Shown here in pieces: positions 38,367 through 51,854 of a DNA stretch of 64,000 bases; position 1 is the stretch's first letter; every line of letters starts with the position of its first letter. Origin of the DNA: Lama glama (lineage: Eukaryota); NCBI GenBank assembly GCA_028534125.1, contig CM052816.1, positions 10,666,001-10,730,000 of the forward strand, written 5' to 3'. The notes below the pieces were generated by a model. That model was not told where the DNA came from. It did no database searches and worked only from the letters and a program-made list of their open reading frames with translations. The translations under genes and the position numbers were made by a program.

Positions 38367-40115
38367 CAGGGCAGAGACCTCTAAATTCTCTCAGTCTGCA
38401 GAGCTCTGATGGTCACAGTAACGGGTTCTCAGAGCTCCTATAGCAAAATAAATGTCTAACAATTCCTTTATTAAGTAGTTAGGTTGGAGCAACTTAACAT
38501 GTATTTATGTCCAAACAATTCAGTAACATTTTGAAAAACTAGAAGAACATGGTTTTTATTTTTATTTATTTATTTTTTAACTGAAGTGCCATCAGTTACA
38601 ATGTGTCAATTTCTTATGTACAGGACAATGTCCTAGTTATGCATATATACACATATATTTGTTTTCACGTTTTTTTTTGTTAAAGGCTATTATAAGATAA
38701 TTGAACATAGTTCCCTGTGCTACACAGCAGAAACTTTTAAAATCTACTTTTATATATAGTGGCTAACATTTGTAAATTTCAAACTCCCAACTTTATCTCT
38801 TCCCACCCCCTTTCCCCGGTAACCATAAGATTATTGACTATGTCTGCAAATCTGTTTCTGTTTTGTAGATGAGTTCATAACGTCCTCTTTTTTTCTTTTA
38901 GATTCCACATATGAGTGGTATGATACGGTATTTTTCTTTCTCTTTCTGGCTTACTTTACTTAGAATGACAGTCTCTAAGTCCATCCATGTTGCTAGAAAT
39001 GACATTATTTAATTCTTTTTTATGGCTGAGTAGTATTCCATTATACAAATATACCACAACTTCTTTATCCAGTCATCTGTCGACAGACATTTAGGTTGCT
39101 TCCATATCTTGGGTATTGTATATAGTGTTGCTGTGAACATTGGGGTGCATGTATCTTTTCAAATTCGAGTTCCTCCCAGATGTATACCCAGAAGTAGGAC
39201 TGTTGGATTATGAGTAAGTCTGTTTTTAGTCTTTTGAGGAATCTCTATACTGTTTTCCATAATGGCTGCACCAAACTACATTCCCACCAGCAGTGTAGGA
39301 GGGTTCCCTTTTCTCCACACCTTCTCCAGCATTTATTATTCATGGACTTTTGAATGATGGCCATTCTGACTGGTGTGAGGTGATTATAGTTTTGATTTGC
39401 ATTTTTCTAATAATTAGTGATATTAAGCATTTTTTTCATGTGCCTATTGGCTATTTTTGTGCCTTCATTGGAGAATTGCTTTTTTAGGTCTTCTGCCCAT
39501 TTTTGGATTGGGCTTTTTGTTATTTGAGTTGTTTGTTTTTTGTTAAGTGGTATGAGTTGTTTATATATTTTGGAAATTAGGCCCTTGTTAGTCACATCAT
39601 TTGCAAATATTTCCTCCCATTCCATAAGTTGTTGTTTTGTTCTGCTTCAGGTTTCTTTTGCTGTGCAAAAGCTTATAGGTTTAATTAGGTCCAATTTGTT
39701 TATTTTTGCTCTTATTTCTATTGCCTGAGTAGATTGCCCTAGGAGAACATTGCTAAGACTTATGTCAGAGAATGGAAAAACATATTTTTAATGTAATTTT
39801 TCAGTAACCACGAGTACTTGCTAATGGGGGTGTGTGCATCTGTTGAGCACTGCAACAATTTCTTGAACCTTGGAATCAGATTTGCTCTTCCACGTTGATT
39901 TTTGCATCATACTTGGTTTCCATCACGCAGCCACTGAAAACCGTACTTGGCAAAGATATAACATGCAGTGCAATTTAATGTTGGCACTGTGATATCTACC
40001 TCAAGCTAATAGTTTTCCTGGTATCTGACAGGTGTGTTTGCCTCTAAAATCTGCCACAGCACCCCATGAGTTTGCTGTGGTACCCTGAGGTGCCTCATGT
40101 CACTCTGGGTATGTG
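38367..40115 (-). mobile_element. MER119-like hAT-Charlie element split by an L1 insertion
   Basis: Left piece tttattaagtagttagg...tatttatgtcc; right piece gcactgcaacaatttcttgaaccttggaatcagatt...catgagtttgctgtggtaccctgaggtgcctc. Confidence 0.65.
38553..39774 (-). mobile_element. L1 3' ~1.2 kb with decayed ORF2 C-terminus
   Basis: ORF 39407-39625 ([23 protein letters not shown]...PIQKWAEDL...ANRHMKK) is L1 ORF2p; 3'UTR and T-tract; degenerate flanking repeat gaagaacat/gaaaaacat. Confidence 0.95.
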
Positions 40116-41430
40116 ATTTTAGGAATCACATTCATTGATTTTAGAAGACAAAATGTGGGAATGGTATATCAAGAACTTATCTTTGGGCATGTTCATAAAA
40201 TGGTCATTGCTGCTGTCCTGTTCACCAGATCTCCTCTACAGTGGTTATTATTTATAAGGAAGGAAAAATGTGTGAGTTTTTTTCTCCTAGGGAATTCAGT
40301 GCAGCCAACCCCTGATCAGCCAGCTTGAATGCCTAACCAAGTGCTACCTACTGTGGGAGTGAAATAGGCCCCCCAAGAACTTCACAGTGTGGTTGGAGAG
40401 GCAGGATAAACACAAATGAAACAACAGGAAATAACTTAACAACTGCTCAATAATAAAGTAGCACAGGATTTCAAAGGAGCAGAAAATCAAAGTGCATGGA
40501 AGAAGGAAGGAGAAAGGTGGGCCTTGACAAAGGAGCAGTTAGACAGGGCCAGGGAGAAGGGCCCTCCCAAGTAAGGGAACTTGGCAATCACAGGGCTGGT
40601 GCTTAACACACTGCAGCCAGTGGGTCGGCGTCTGAGAGCGTATTCACCCACTTGGCTTCAGCCTCTTTTCCAACTTTGTGAAGACCAGACAACACATAAA
40701 TGCTGTTGTCAGTTAGCCCCAGCTGTAATGACATCAACTCCACAAACGTTCGTGGACTGTCCACTACATGAAAATTCTTGATAGGAATGTGAACCAACCT
40801 TGGACAACACTAATAGAGGAAATATTCAAATTTTGACCAGGGTCCAGGAGAAACTCTGGGAGAAAGTGCTGCATGAGCCAGGCCTTCAGGAAAGGGCAGG
40901 TAGATGGTTTATATGTCACAAAGGGTCCAGCAACTCACTGGTACCAAAAATGCAACTTTCTTTCTTGATTTTAACTTCCACTTTAGCGGATGGCAGAAGA
41001 TGCAGTTTTGCCAATTCATGGTAATCCAGTGGCCTTCAGATTTATACCGATAATTTTGGATGTAAACATTTCAACTTAACACACACCCAATCCTCCTTGA
41101 CCTTCTGCCTTCCTGCCAGAATAGCATCCCTGTTCCAGCCTCTGTCTTCATGGGAATCAGCTGAGGTCTTCTGTACTGACCTGGATTCCTGCAGCGCCTC
41201 CTCCCAGGTATAACTCGGTTTGCTCCTGCTCCAGATGTCACTTACCTTTTCTGCATAGGAAGTAACACATATTTGTCCTTCCCAGGTGTCACTCACTTTA
41301 TCCTTCCTCTGCTTCGGGTATAATTCATCTTGTTAGTCTAACCTGATGGCTCTTCTTTGATATGAATGGGGGTTTTTTTGGTTTATTTTAATCCGTCCTA
41401 TGAGTTAACCTATGAAACTTTGCTAGTTTT

Positions 41431-41538
41431 TAAAAAATTGTTTGATGATTGATTGATTTTTTAATAGAGGTACTGGGGATTGAACCCAGGATCTCATGCA
41501 TACTAAGCATTCAGTCTACCACTGAGCTATATCCTCCC
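41431..41538 (-). mobile_element. tRNA-derived SINE, vic-1 type
   Basis: gaggtactggggattgaacccagg...ctaccactgagctatatcctccc; 18-bp TSD at 41413-41430 and 41539-41556 (2 mismatches). Confidence 0.9.
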
Positions 41539-41622
41539 TGAAATTTTGCTAATTTTAAGTGTACAATTCAGTAAGATTTGACAATGGTGTCTTATAACAG
41601 TTGCCACAATCATTATATAACA

Positions 41623-42128
41623 TTATGCTGTCCAATAGAAATGTAATGTAAAGCTCATTAAAGCTCATAACGTGATTAAAAATTTTCCAGTAACTGCATG
41701 AAAAAATATGAGAAACAGGGAAAATCAATTTTAATAATGTAGTTTATCTAACTTAGCAGATACAAATATCACTTTGACATCTAATCAATATGAAAATATA
41801 TGAGTGAGGTATTTTATATCTTTTTTAGGTTAATTCTTCAAAATCCATTGTGTATTTTACACATATAAGATATCCCAATTCAGACTAATTTTCACCAGAA
41901 ACACTTGATTTAGATTTAGATTTTATAAAATTCACAGTTGGAAGATAAATTAAAATGTCCGTGTTGTTCTAAGCATACTTAGTTGTCCATTGCAACTTTT
42001 CATTGCATTCATGTTAGGCTGAATTTAAATTATATATAATTAAAAATCTAGTCTCTGAGTCATAAGAGCCATATGTCAGGTAGTCTGCAGCTGTCTGTGG
42101 ATAGGGTGTGCCATATTGGACAGCACAG
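41623..42128 (-). mobile_element. MER3/MER33-related hAT-Charlie element
   Basis: Inverted termini tgctgtccaata ... tattggacagca. Confidence 0.8.
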
Positions 42129-42318
42129 AGAGCATTTCCATCACCCCAAAAACTTACCTTCTGCTAATGTGAAGCAAGTCCCCTCCTGCCACCCTCTAGC
42201 AGTGGTAACCAATGATCTGCCAGTTGTCACCTATTGTTTTGCCTTTTCTATAATGCCACACAAATGGAATCGTACAGCATTTTGTTTCTGGCTTCTTTCG
42301 CTTACCACACTGTGAAGG

Positions 42319-42457
42319 TTTTTTTGTATTTTTAGTGGGGTAGGGGGAGGTACTTAGGTCCATTTATTAATTTTTTTTAATAGAGGTCCTGGAGGTTGAA
42401 CCCAGGACCTCGTGCATGCTAAGCACACACTCTGCTACTGAGCTACACCATTCCCCC
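42319..42457 (-). mobile_element. tRNA-derived SINE, vic-1 type, longer tail variant
   Basis: ttgaacccaggacctcgtgcatgctaagcacacactctgctactgagctacacc. Confidence 0.88.
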
Positions 42458-44074
42458 ACTAACAAGATTGATTTTGAGATGTATCTGTGTTGCACTTATC
42501 AGTAGTTAGTCCCTTTGCATTGCTGAGCAGTGTTAACTTTGTGTAAATGTACTATAGTATTCACCATTTGGCGGACATTTGGGTTGTTCCAGTTTTTGGC
42601 TATTGTAAATAAAGCTGTTATAAACATTAAAATTCAAATATTTGTGTGGACATATGCTTTTATGTCTCCCAAAAAAATATCTAGAAGTGGATTGGTGTAC
42701 ATTTAACTTTACAGGAAACTGTCAAATATTTTCCAGAGTGCCATTTTGCATTCCCATCAGCTGTGTATGAGAGTTGCAGTTGCTCCACATCCTCACCAAC
42801 ACTTGATATAGTTACTTTAAGCAGATTTAGCAGGTAGGCAATGCTTTCACTGTGGTTTTAATTTGTGTTTCCCTAATGACTAATCAGATTGAACATATTT
42901 TCATGTCCTTACTTGCCATTCATATACTTTCTTTGGTGAAGCATCTTCAACAATTTTGTCCCCTTTTTTATCAAGTTGTTTTTATATTATTGAGTTGCAA
43001 GGGTTGTTTTAAATAGGGTGGATACAAGTTCTTTATCAAATATATTAGGTTTATATTTTCTTCCAGTCATGGCTTGGGTATGACTTTAAAAACAAATCTG
43101 GTTCCTGATGTTAATGGTATTATCTGCTGCTGCTGAATGTGATCTTTCAGTGACCTCCAGTTCAATGTCCATGCATTCATTTTGACTCTCGGCACCTTGG
43201 GTCCACCAGTGTGCTCTTAACTGTCTCTGCTTGTCTCTCAAGGAGCTGGAGGAAATTCTAGCAGTCGCTTTACCCTGTGCTGAGCTTGCAAGATTCCAAG
43301 CAGATGTCCATAGTCAGTCTGCATTAACAGTTGTTACATCTGTCACTCAGCCACCATATTGGTTAGACATGAAACTCCTCCATCTCCAAGCAGCTTACAG
43401 CTTCCCTGGGCCATAGTTTAGAACTTGAGGCATAAGTTCCTACTGCTGCCTGTGAGATTTCCCACAGTCCGTCTGTAACTTCTCTCACTCATCTGCTCAT
43501 CACAGGCCTTGGCATGAGGAACCTTGTCAGAGACTCGGGGACATCCAGCTGGTGGACTTGCTCTTCCCCTCTTCCTGCTTCCTGCCCCGTGGACAGACTT
43601 TGGTCTCTTTTCATAATAATGCTCTGATGCAATCAACCTGCATTCTTCCCTCTTTTTCTTCCTTGTAGAATAAATGCCAAGTTTTCAGTCTTCCTGGCAT
43701 ATTTATTCCCCTCTCAAGCACCAGACTCTTAAGATTAATATTCCTGCTATAAGTTATGAAAATCTAGGTAGAAATTAATAAATAATATAACACTTTGGTC
43801 TTTCTGGTTCTTCCTAAATTGTGTGTACACAGAGAGGGCTATCTCTCCTCCTTGAATGATAAGCTGAGAAAGAGTGAGAGTTACCTCTTAATTCTTCAAA
43901 ATATTATTCTACTGCAGTTGGCTTTCAAGGGGGTAGAGAAGCCTCTAAGAGAACAGCCCCTGTATAGACAAGAATATCACTAATAGCTCAGAGACAGGGA
44001 AGCCAAAGCATATTTAGAAGATAACAATAGAAATAATTATTATATTGATCATGATATTGGCAGAACCCACCACC

Positions 44075-44270
44075 TATTGTGAGTGTATGAGGTGCCAACT
44101 CTGGCTCGAGCATTTTCTTTCTATTACTCGTTGATCATTATTATCTCCATTTTGCTATTGAGGAACCAGAATTCTGAGGCAAATTCAACTTTCCTGAGGT
44201 CAAAAAGTTATCAGTATCTCCACAGTTTAAGTTCCAGGTCAATCTGCCTTTAAAGCGTATTTTCCTAACC
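44075..44270 (-). mobile_element. MIR
   Basis: ttattatctccattttgctattgaggaacc. Confidence 0.6.
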
Positions 44271-44277
44271 ATTAGAA

Positions 44278-44750
44278 CAGTGGTTCCCAAACTATTTGAG
44301 GACGGCTTTACAACCTTAAATATTGCTGGGGAACCCAAAGAGCTTTAATTTATGAGAGTAATATCTGTTTATATGTACTCTACTAGAAGTTAAAATAGAG
44401 ATTTTAGAAATACTCCATTACATATTAACATCAATAATATACTTTTATGAAAAATGGCTATAATTTTTTTCAATTAGTAAGAAGAGTAGCTTTGCTTTAT
44501 ATTTCTTGTAAATCTCTTTAATGTCTGGCTCAAGAGAAAACAGCTGATTCTCACAGATGCTTCTGCATTCAGTCTGTTGTGATACCACACATCCTGTAGC
44601 CCCTGGAAAACTCCACTGTACACTTGTGACAGAATGAGAGTAAAAAGGCAAACAACATGTTAGTATTAGGAAAGTAGTTTTGATCTGTGGATCCCCTAAA
44701 GGGGCTTCAGGGATCCCTAGGGATCCCTGAAAACAACTTGAAAATTGCTA
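44278..44750 (+). mobile_element. Charlie1b-like hAT element
   Basis: cagtggttcccaaact...cccaaagagcttt...aatctctttaatgtctggct; 8-bp TSD-like cattagaa / cattggga. Confidence 0.8.
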
Positions 44751-45589
44751 CATTGGGATACTTAGACAAATCTATTGATTCCAGGGTAGCGAACATTTAT
44801 TATGTATAGTGAAGACGTGGGCCGAGAATTGGGGAGTGTAGAGTCAAACCAGGTCATGTGGACGTTGCTAAGGAATGTGGATGTTGTCCTGAAAGTGCTG
44901 AGAAACCACGCATGGCTTTTAGCTTGGTCAGAGCTTTGTGTGGGGGAAATTAGTCTGTCAACCTAGTGGGTAGGGTGGATTGGAAAGAGGATAGAGAAAA
45001 GGCAACCAGTAGGAACACTACAAGGAGGCAGTGTACCGCAGTACATCTGGAGCCAGACTGCTTATGACTTTTGTGAAAAAATCAATGTATTAATTTATAT
45101 TAAATGCATAGAGCAAAGCTTGCTCCATGGTAAGCACCACCTGTGAGTACTTGTAGTAATAGTTGTTGTCGTTGTTGCTGTGCTGTTGCTATTATTACTA
45201 GTAGTAAATGAGCAGTAATAAAAGCCTGAACTGGGCCAAACTGGAGAGATATTTTGCAGTAATGTTCATAGGAGGTCATTGCTGGTTGGATGTGGGGGTG
45301 AGAAAACTGAAAACATTAAGATGGTAATATTTTTGCAATTTGAATAATATAGGAAGTATTTTGACCAAGAGTTGATTCTCAATAAATATTTGAAAGGACA
45401 GGAGGGAGGAGAGACGAATGGAAAGATATAGAGCCTTTTGGGGCGAGGAAGGTGGTTTCTGAGCTTATCAATTTGGAGAGACCTGAGAAACATGCACGTG
45501 ATGAGTTCCTTAAAATGGATGAAACTCAGGGCCCTGTATCAATTCATGTCCCTCTGGTGCTTTCAGGTCTTCAGAGGTTTTTCATCACA

Positions 45590-46045
45590 CATTGGGTTTT
45601 ATTCTGATTTCTTACAACAGCCTTAGAGGCCTGATATGTAGTGGCTCTACTTGCCTTTCCAGTGTCTTCTTGGGCTCTCCTCCCTTTGCATTAATTTGGC
45701 CAGTATTTCAGTTCCTTGAACCCTCCAGGCTCTTTCACCGCCTTGGGGTATTTGAACTACTTTCTCTTTCTTGTAATGCACCAGCCATCACCCCAACCCT
45801 TCACATAGCTGGAACCTTTGAATTAACTGAAATATTCACCTCCTTGAGAGCCCTTCCCTGACGATTCTACCTAAGTCTCCTTCCCCTTTTGCATTCTTTT
45901 CTCTCACCAAATCCAGCTGTTGTCTTCAGAGACTGAATGTTTCATGAAGACACAGACTTTTGTATTCCATTCATCATTGTTGACCTAAGGCCTAGAGAAG
46001 GTCTTCAGATAAAATGTGTATCTGTTTTGTGAGTAAATAAATGGG
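45590..46045 (+). mobile_element. L2 3' end
   Basis: ttcagttccttgaa, cacctccttgagagcccttccctgac, tail ttgtgagtaaataaatg. Confidence 0.7.
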
Positions 46046-46432
46046 GTCCTGGAGATAGGTTGAAGTAGAAAGAGCATTAAAGTGTAGAAGAGTCTTTGCT
46101 TTGGTTTGAATTTATTTATACTGATATTTAGAGTTAAGACCCATAAGCTGGTGATCCTGAATGGGAGCTTCTTGAGCAAGTTTGAATTCAAAATTGGGTG
46201 TGCCTCAACTTATGAAATCTCTTCAATTCTATTTACCCAGATCGTCAACTGCAACACTAAGGTTTGAAAGTTGCCAAGGTAAGAAGAACATAATGCTCCT
46301 TTGCAAATGGCAACAGCCTACCCCGTACCCTGAATTCCAATAATGGTTGACTGTCTCCAGTCCCACACCTCAGCTCCTTCACCCTGTAAGCTAGTCAGGC
46401 TTTGTGTCTTCAGAGGTCTCATGATATGCTCT

Positions 46433-46526
46433 TTTTTTTTTTTTCAATGGAGGTGCTGGGGATTGAACCCAGGACCTCATGCATGCTAAACATGAACTCT
46501 ACCACTGAGCTATATACACCCCTCCA
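46433..46526 (-). mobile_element. tRNA-derived SINE, vic-1 type
   Basis: ggaggtgctggggattgaacccaggacctcatgcatgct...ctaccactgagctata; 21-bp TSD at 46412-46432 and 46527-46547 (3 mismatches). Confidence 0.92.
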
Positions 46527-47200
46527 AGAGGTCCCATGATGTGTTCTGGAAGAAGAATGTCAGATTGACTTAAGTACCTTTTCTAACTCTGCCACTTACT
46601 CGTTGGGTTGACCTATGCTCAGATCTCATCTGTGAATTGTGAAAATAATTCTTCTCTTGAAGGAATGTTGATGTTTCCAGTAAAGCAGCTAGCGAAAGAA
46701 TGGCATACCACAGTAAATTTTGGGTTCCTCAGCCATTCAGTCACTTAACTGAGAGTACAGAATTTTTGTTTGAAAACCACTCTCTCTTGAAATTTGAAAG
46801 TTGTTGCTTCACTATTTTTTTTTTTTTAGTGACCAATGTTGCTGAAGAGATCCAATGACAATCTAAAAGTTACTGCCATATAAATGGTCTGTTTTTAATT
46901 CCAGGAAACTTTTAGGAACCTTTCTTTATCCTTAGTGGTCCAAAAACCCACAGTAATTATGTAGTTGTTGCTCTTTCTGAAATAATTAATACAGATACCC
47001 AATTGATCCTTTTGATCTTGAAGACTTATGTTCTTCAATTGGGGGAAATTCTCTTCCACAATATTTCTTGAATAATGTCTTTCTTTTTGAGTTCTTAATT
47101 CTCCCTTTCTGGTACTTCTATTAGTTAGATGTTGGGCTTCATAGAATATTTCCTAATTCTATTATCTCTAATATTTTCTGTCTTTATCTTTTTGCTCTAC

Positions 47201-49020
47201 TTTTTTTTCTTTAGCTTTACTGAGGTATGATTGACAGATAAAAAATGTGTATGTTTAAGTTATACAGTGTGATGTTTTTATGTACTTGTATGTTGTGAAA
47301 TGATTACCACAAACTAATTAGCATATCTGTCACCTCACATAGTTACTTTGTGTGTGTGTGTTAAGAACATTTAAGATCTACTCTCAGCAAATTTCAAGTA
47401 TGTAATACATTATTATTAATTGTAGCCACCATGCTGTCCGTTAGGTCTCCATGGTGAATTTGTCTTTTAACTGAAAGTTTTTCCCCTGTGACCAGTATCT
47501 CTTCTTTTCTCCCATCCCCCAGCTCTTGTGACCACACTTCTACTTTCTGTTACTTATGAGTTCAACTCTTTTTTCAGATTCTACATATAAGTGAGATCAT
47601 GCATTATTTATCTTTTTGTGTCTGGATTATTGCACATAAAATAATGTCTTCCAGTTTCATCTGTGTTGGTGCAAATGGCAGGAGTTCCTTTTTTAAGGCT
47701 GAATAATATTCCATTATATATATTGTTTTTAGGGACCAATATATACAGCTGTCCCTCAGTATCCAGAGGAAATTGGTTCCATGACCACCCTCCACTGCCC
47801 CACAACAGATACCAAAAAATCTATGGATGTTAAAGTCCCTTATATAAAATGGCATAGTGTTTGCATATAACCTATACACATGTTCCTGTATACTTTAAAC
47901 CATCTCCAGATTACTCAAAATACCTAATACAATGTAAATGCTATATAAATAGTTGCTAGCACATGATAAATTCAAGTTTTGCTTTTTAGATCTTTCTGCA
48001 CAATTTTTTTCTGAGTATTTTTGATCCTTGGTTAAATCCGCTGCTGTGAAACCCACAGAAATGGAGGGTCTGCTGCATATCACTTTCTCTATCCATTCAT
48101 TCATCAGTAGGCACTAGGTTGTTTCTATATCTTGGCTACTGTGAATAATGCTGCAATGAATGTGAGAGTGCAGATGTGTCTTGGAGGTCATAAATTTTAT
48201 TTCCTTTGGAAATCAGACGTAAAATTGCTGGATCATGTGGTAGTTCTATTTTTAACTTTTTGAGAATCTTCTATACTGTTTTCCATAATGGCTGTACCAA
48301 TTTACATTTCCCTGAAAAATATATGTTCCCTTTTCTCCACATCCTCACCAACACTTGTTATCTCTTGACTTTTTGCTAATGGCCATCGTATCACGTATGA
48401 GGAGGTATCTCAGTGTGGTTTTGATTTGCATTTCCCTGACAATTAGTGACGTATAGCACATTTTCATGGCCATTTGTATGTCTTCTTGGAAAAGTGTTTA
48501 TTCAGGTCCTTTGCTTATTTTTAAACCAGGTTATTATTTTACTACTGTGTTGCATGAATTTCTTATATATTTTGGATATTAACTCCTTGTCAGGTTATAC
48601 CATTTGCAATATCATCCTCCGTTCCATAGGTTGCCTTTTCATTTTGACTGCTTCCTTGGCTGTGAAGAAACTCTTAGTTTAACATAGTCTCACTTGTTTA
48701 TTTTGCTTTTGTTACCTGTGTTTTTGTGCCCTACTTAAAAAAAATCATTGTCAAGGTCAGTATTAAGGAGATTTCCCCTGTGCTTTCTTCCAGGAGTTTT
48801 ACTAACTCAGGTCTTAATATATTGAATTGATTTTTGTATATGATGTAAGATGAGGATCCAGCTTCATTCTTTTGCATGTGGATATCCCGTTTTCCGAGTA
48901 CCGTTTATTGATGAGACCGTCTTTTCCTCAGTGTGTATTCTTGGCATCTTTTTCAAAAACTAGTTGACCAGGTATGCATGGGTTTATTTCTAGGTTCTCT
49001 ATTCTATTACACTGGTTCAT
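47201..49020 (-). mobile_element. L1MA9-like 3' portion
   Basis: gtgaaatgattaccaca, aacatttaagatctactctcagcaaatttcaagta, ORF2 antisense motifs continuing to tttatttctaggttctctattct. Confidence 0.9.
47746..48075 (+). mobile_element. MER2/MER2B TcMar-Tigger MITE nested in L1
   Basis: TA|cagctgtccctcagtatcc ... ggagggtctgctg inverted termini; aagtcccttatataaaatggcatag. Confidence 0.88.
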
Positions 49021-50459
49021 TTCCTTGACTCTTTCTTTTAACCTTTTAATTATTTAAAAATAAATTACCCAAATTTTTTAAATTCTATGAGTTTTTCTTT
49101 ACTCTCTGTTTTTTCCTTTTTTATAGCATCTTGTTCTTGATTTATAGATATATTCTCCTTTTTGTAAAATATTTCTGCATATGCTGATTAGGATTTATTC
49201 TATTCCTAAAAGTATGTTTCCCCCAGTATTTCTTTCTAGTGTTTATCTTGATTTTTTTTTCAACTTTGTATGTTTTACTGAATTGTCTAGATGATCTTAA
49301 CATCTCCCAGTCATATGTGAGAATGAATCAATGGAATATCTGAATGAACATGAATAGGACTGACCCACTGGCTGGTTCCATAGTAGTGAGCAGTCAGGAA
49401 GATGGGCTTGTAGTTTGGAATCCCTGAAAGCCAGAATGCAGAGCACTTCACTTTGAAGACCCAGTACTTGCCCTCTTATCCACTGCAGATGAACTAAATT
49501 CATTTTCCAAAGGGAAGAACCTTCTATTACATCCGTCTAGAGTCGGGTAGGGAGAGGAGTTAAGCAGTGAGTCTGAACAGCAGGTGAGTCTCTTTTTCTC
49601 TCTATGGATCTTATTTTAGCACCGCCGTTTTTTCACCTTCATCTCCCATCACTTGGGTGTTTCGAAGTACTAAGCCACTCCAGGTTTCTGCGAGGTAGAT
49701 GGGTGCCCTGCTTGGCTGTGCCACCCCCCACCATCTGTCACCATCTTTCCCTCTGCTTTTCTTCTCCCAGAAACACATGAAGTCCATAGTCCACTTAATG
49801 ACCCTCTTTATAGTCTCTTCATCATTTGGGGGTTATATCTGCTTTGCTTTTTATTCTCATTTTACAGAGATTTGGGGGAAAAGAGATGCTAGATGTATGT
49901 TCAGTTCAGTTCACTATTCCCCTTAATCTTTCCTTTCCTGTCTGTCCTAAATCAAGGAAGACCATTACCTTCTTAAGAAGCTAAGCCACCCTCTCTTAGT
50001 TGGTCTCCTTCTATATCTTGAAACTTAGTTTTAAAGTAGAAAAACTATCTTCTTTGACAAGTAGAGCCTCTGCTTTTCCCCAGTTATACTGTTTCCCTGC
50101 CTTCAGGTATTGACGACTCCTTCTTATGCCTTTAAATCTTGGAATATTCAGTTTTATTTAATGTGTAGGTGTATAATGTTCTGAGTAATAGAGAAATGAA
50201 TCACCAAAAAACACAGAAATGGACTTAAAAAATTTAAAAAAACAAAAAGTCCAAAGATTTCTGTATAGTTTCAAAAGTTCTTACAAGATACTTCAAACTC
50301 AACAAACATTTTTGACAGAAAATTATTCCAATGACTCTTTAGGTGTTCTTTTCAAAGAATTATGAAGATTACAGCTCTTTGTGGTTTTTCTGACAAATAT
50401 TTAGTATGAACTTACTCAAACAGAAATTTCCAAGGGAAAATGCCAGTGGAACTATGATA

Positions 50460-50680
50460 GAGTTGTTAAAAGTCGAGTAAAACTGGGTTTGGACCCCAGA
50501 TACGCCCCATTCTTCTTGCTCTAAAATAATATCTCTGAGCCTCAGTTGCCTCATTGGTAAGTGCTACTAGTAGCACCTCCTGCATGGGGTGGTCGTGAGA
50601 GAGAGAGAGGAATCATGTGTACATAAAGAAATGAAGACAATGCCTGGCTTTTATAAACACCCGTCAAATGGTACCAGATT
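50460..50680 (+). mobile_element. MIR
   Basis: atctctgagcctcagttgcctcatt. Confidence 0.7.
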
Positions 50681-51367
50681 TGATTTTGAGGTAAACAGCT
50701 GTTATAATTTCATTGCTTACCACCTTCTTCAAAAAAGGTGTATAACTCCACAAGCCCCAGGCTGAACTCTCCTCAATGTCTCTCTCAGGCCCTTTGCTTT
50801 TGCCTCAGCCTGTTCTATCCAACTCAGCCTTCAGAGCATTATAAAACCGAGTCAAGCCACTGTCTAGTCAATATTGTTTAGCCCCAGTGAACTGACAAAC
50901 AGCAATGACTCCTCCGGACTGTTTGCTTTGCCATTTTAACTATGTATTGAAGAATCACTGGCTAATCTATGACATGACAGGTTTTGATGTCTCCCAGTTA
51001 TGTGCACATTATAGAATCTATGAGTTAGAGCCAGTGTCCTTTCCTGTTGGAGATAGAGTTTGTAACTTTTTATTTGCCTACTAAGATCAAGTCCAAGAGC
51101 CAGGAAGGTGGGTTCTTTTGACAACATTCACATTCATTTCAAGGGAAGCTGTAAACATATTACTAGGTGGTGTGGAAATACGCTAATGTTGCTGAATTTG
51201 TAGGAATGAATTTATTTACTTGAAGCATTCTAGTTGACTACTATTTACAAACATGGGAAAGAAAATTAGTTCTAACTTTTGTTTAACAAACAACTATTAC
51301 TTATTGAGCCGTACTGTATACACAGTGCTGAACTGAACCAACAAACTGCTGATAAGACTGAGTTTTT

Positions 51368-51790
51368 AATTCATGCATCCATTTAACAAATTATTTTGCA
51401 CGTCAGGCATGGTACTGAGGCACTGGGACTCCAATGGTGAATAAACAGCAAGTGTGATTCTGTCCTTTGGAGATTATTGTCTATAGGAGGAAACAGTTAC
51501 TGTATGAGCAGTCATAGACATAGAGCTACATCTAGTGAGAGTGATGCCAGAAAGATGCCTAGTACCAGAAGGGTAACATAGTAGAGGGGCTGACTTTGCA
51601 CTGGCAAGAATCCCTCCTGGTGGAAGGATGAGTAATTTGAAATGTGAAGGATACAGAGGTATTAAGTCCAGGTGGAAGGGGAGAAAGCATTCCAGGCAGA
51701 TGCAAAGGCTCTGCAGTTGGAGTGAGCATGGTGCTTTCAGGGAGTTGAAAGGACAATGCATTTTGACACAGAGGACAAAGGCAAGTGGAT
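51368..51790 (-). mobile_element. L2 3' end
   Basis: attcatgcatccatttaacaaa, ggcactgggactccaatggtgaataa, agcattccaggcaga. Confidence 0.75.
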
Positions 51791-51854
51791 TCGGGCGGTA
51801 AAGCTCTAAATTCCTTCTATTATAATACTCCAAGCTGCCTTTTTAGTTTTGCTT

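Larger units (their letters stand above)
41390..43080 (-). mobile_element. Old L1 (L1MB/MC-like) 3' end carrying three nested inserts
   Basis: ttttaagtgtacaattcag, catttccatcaccccaaaa, ggacatttgggttgttccagtttttggctatt, ttgctccacatcctcaccaacactt. Confidence 0.85.
46750..49925 (-). mobile_element. HAL1 / ancient L1 5' half, split by a younger L1
   Basis: Antisense ORF1 remnants (ccttttctggtacttctattagttagatgttgg; tttatagcatcttgttcttg) and a HAL1-like 5' end near 49820-49920. Confidence 0.6.

Noticed and set aside
43216..43367. Branch point, pyrimidine tract and aag acceptor with open frame ELEEILAVALPCAELARFQ
   Set aside because: Only a weak donor (g|gttaga) and no recognisable homology
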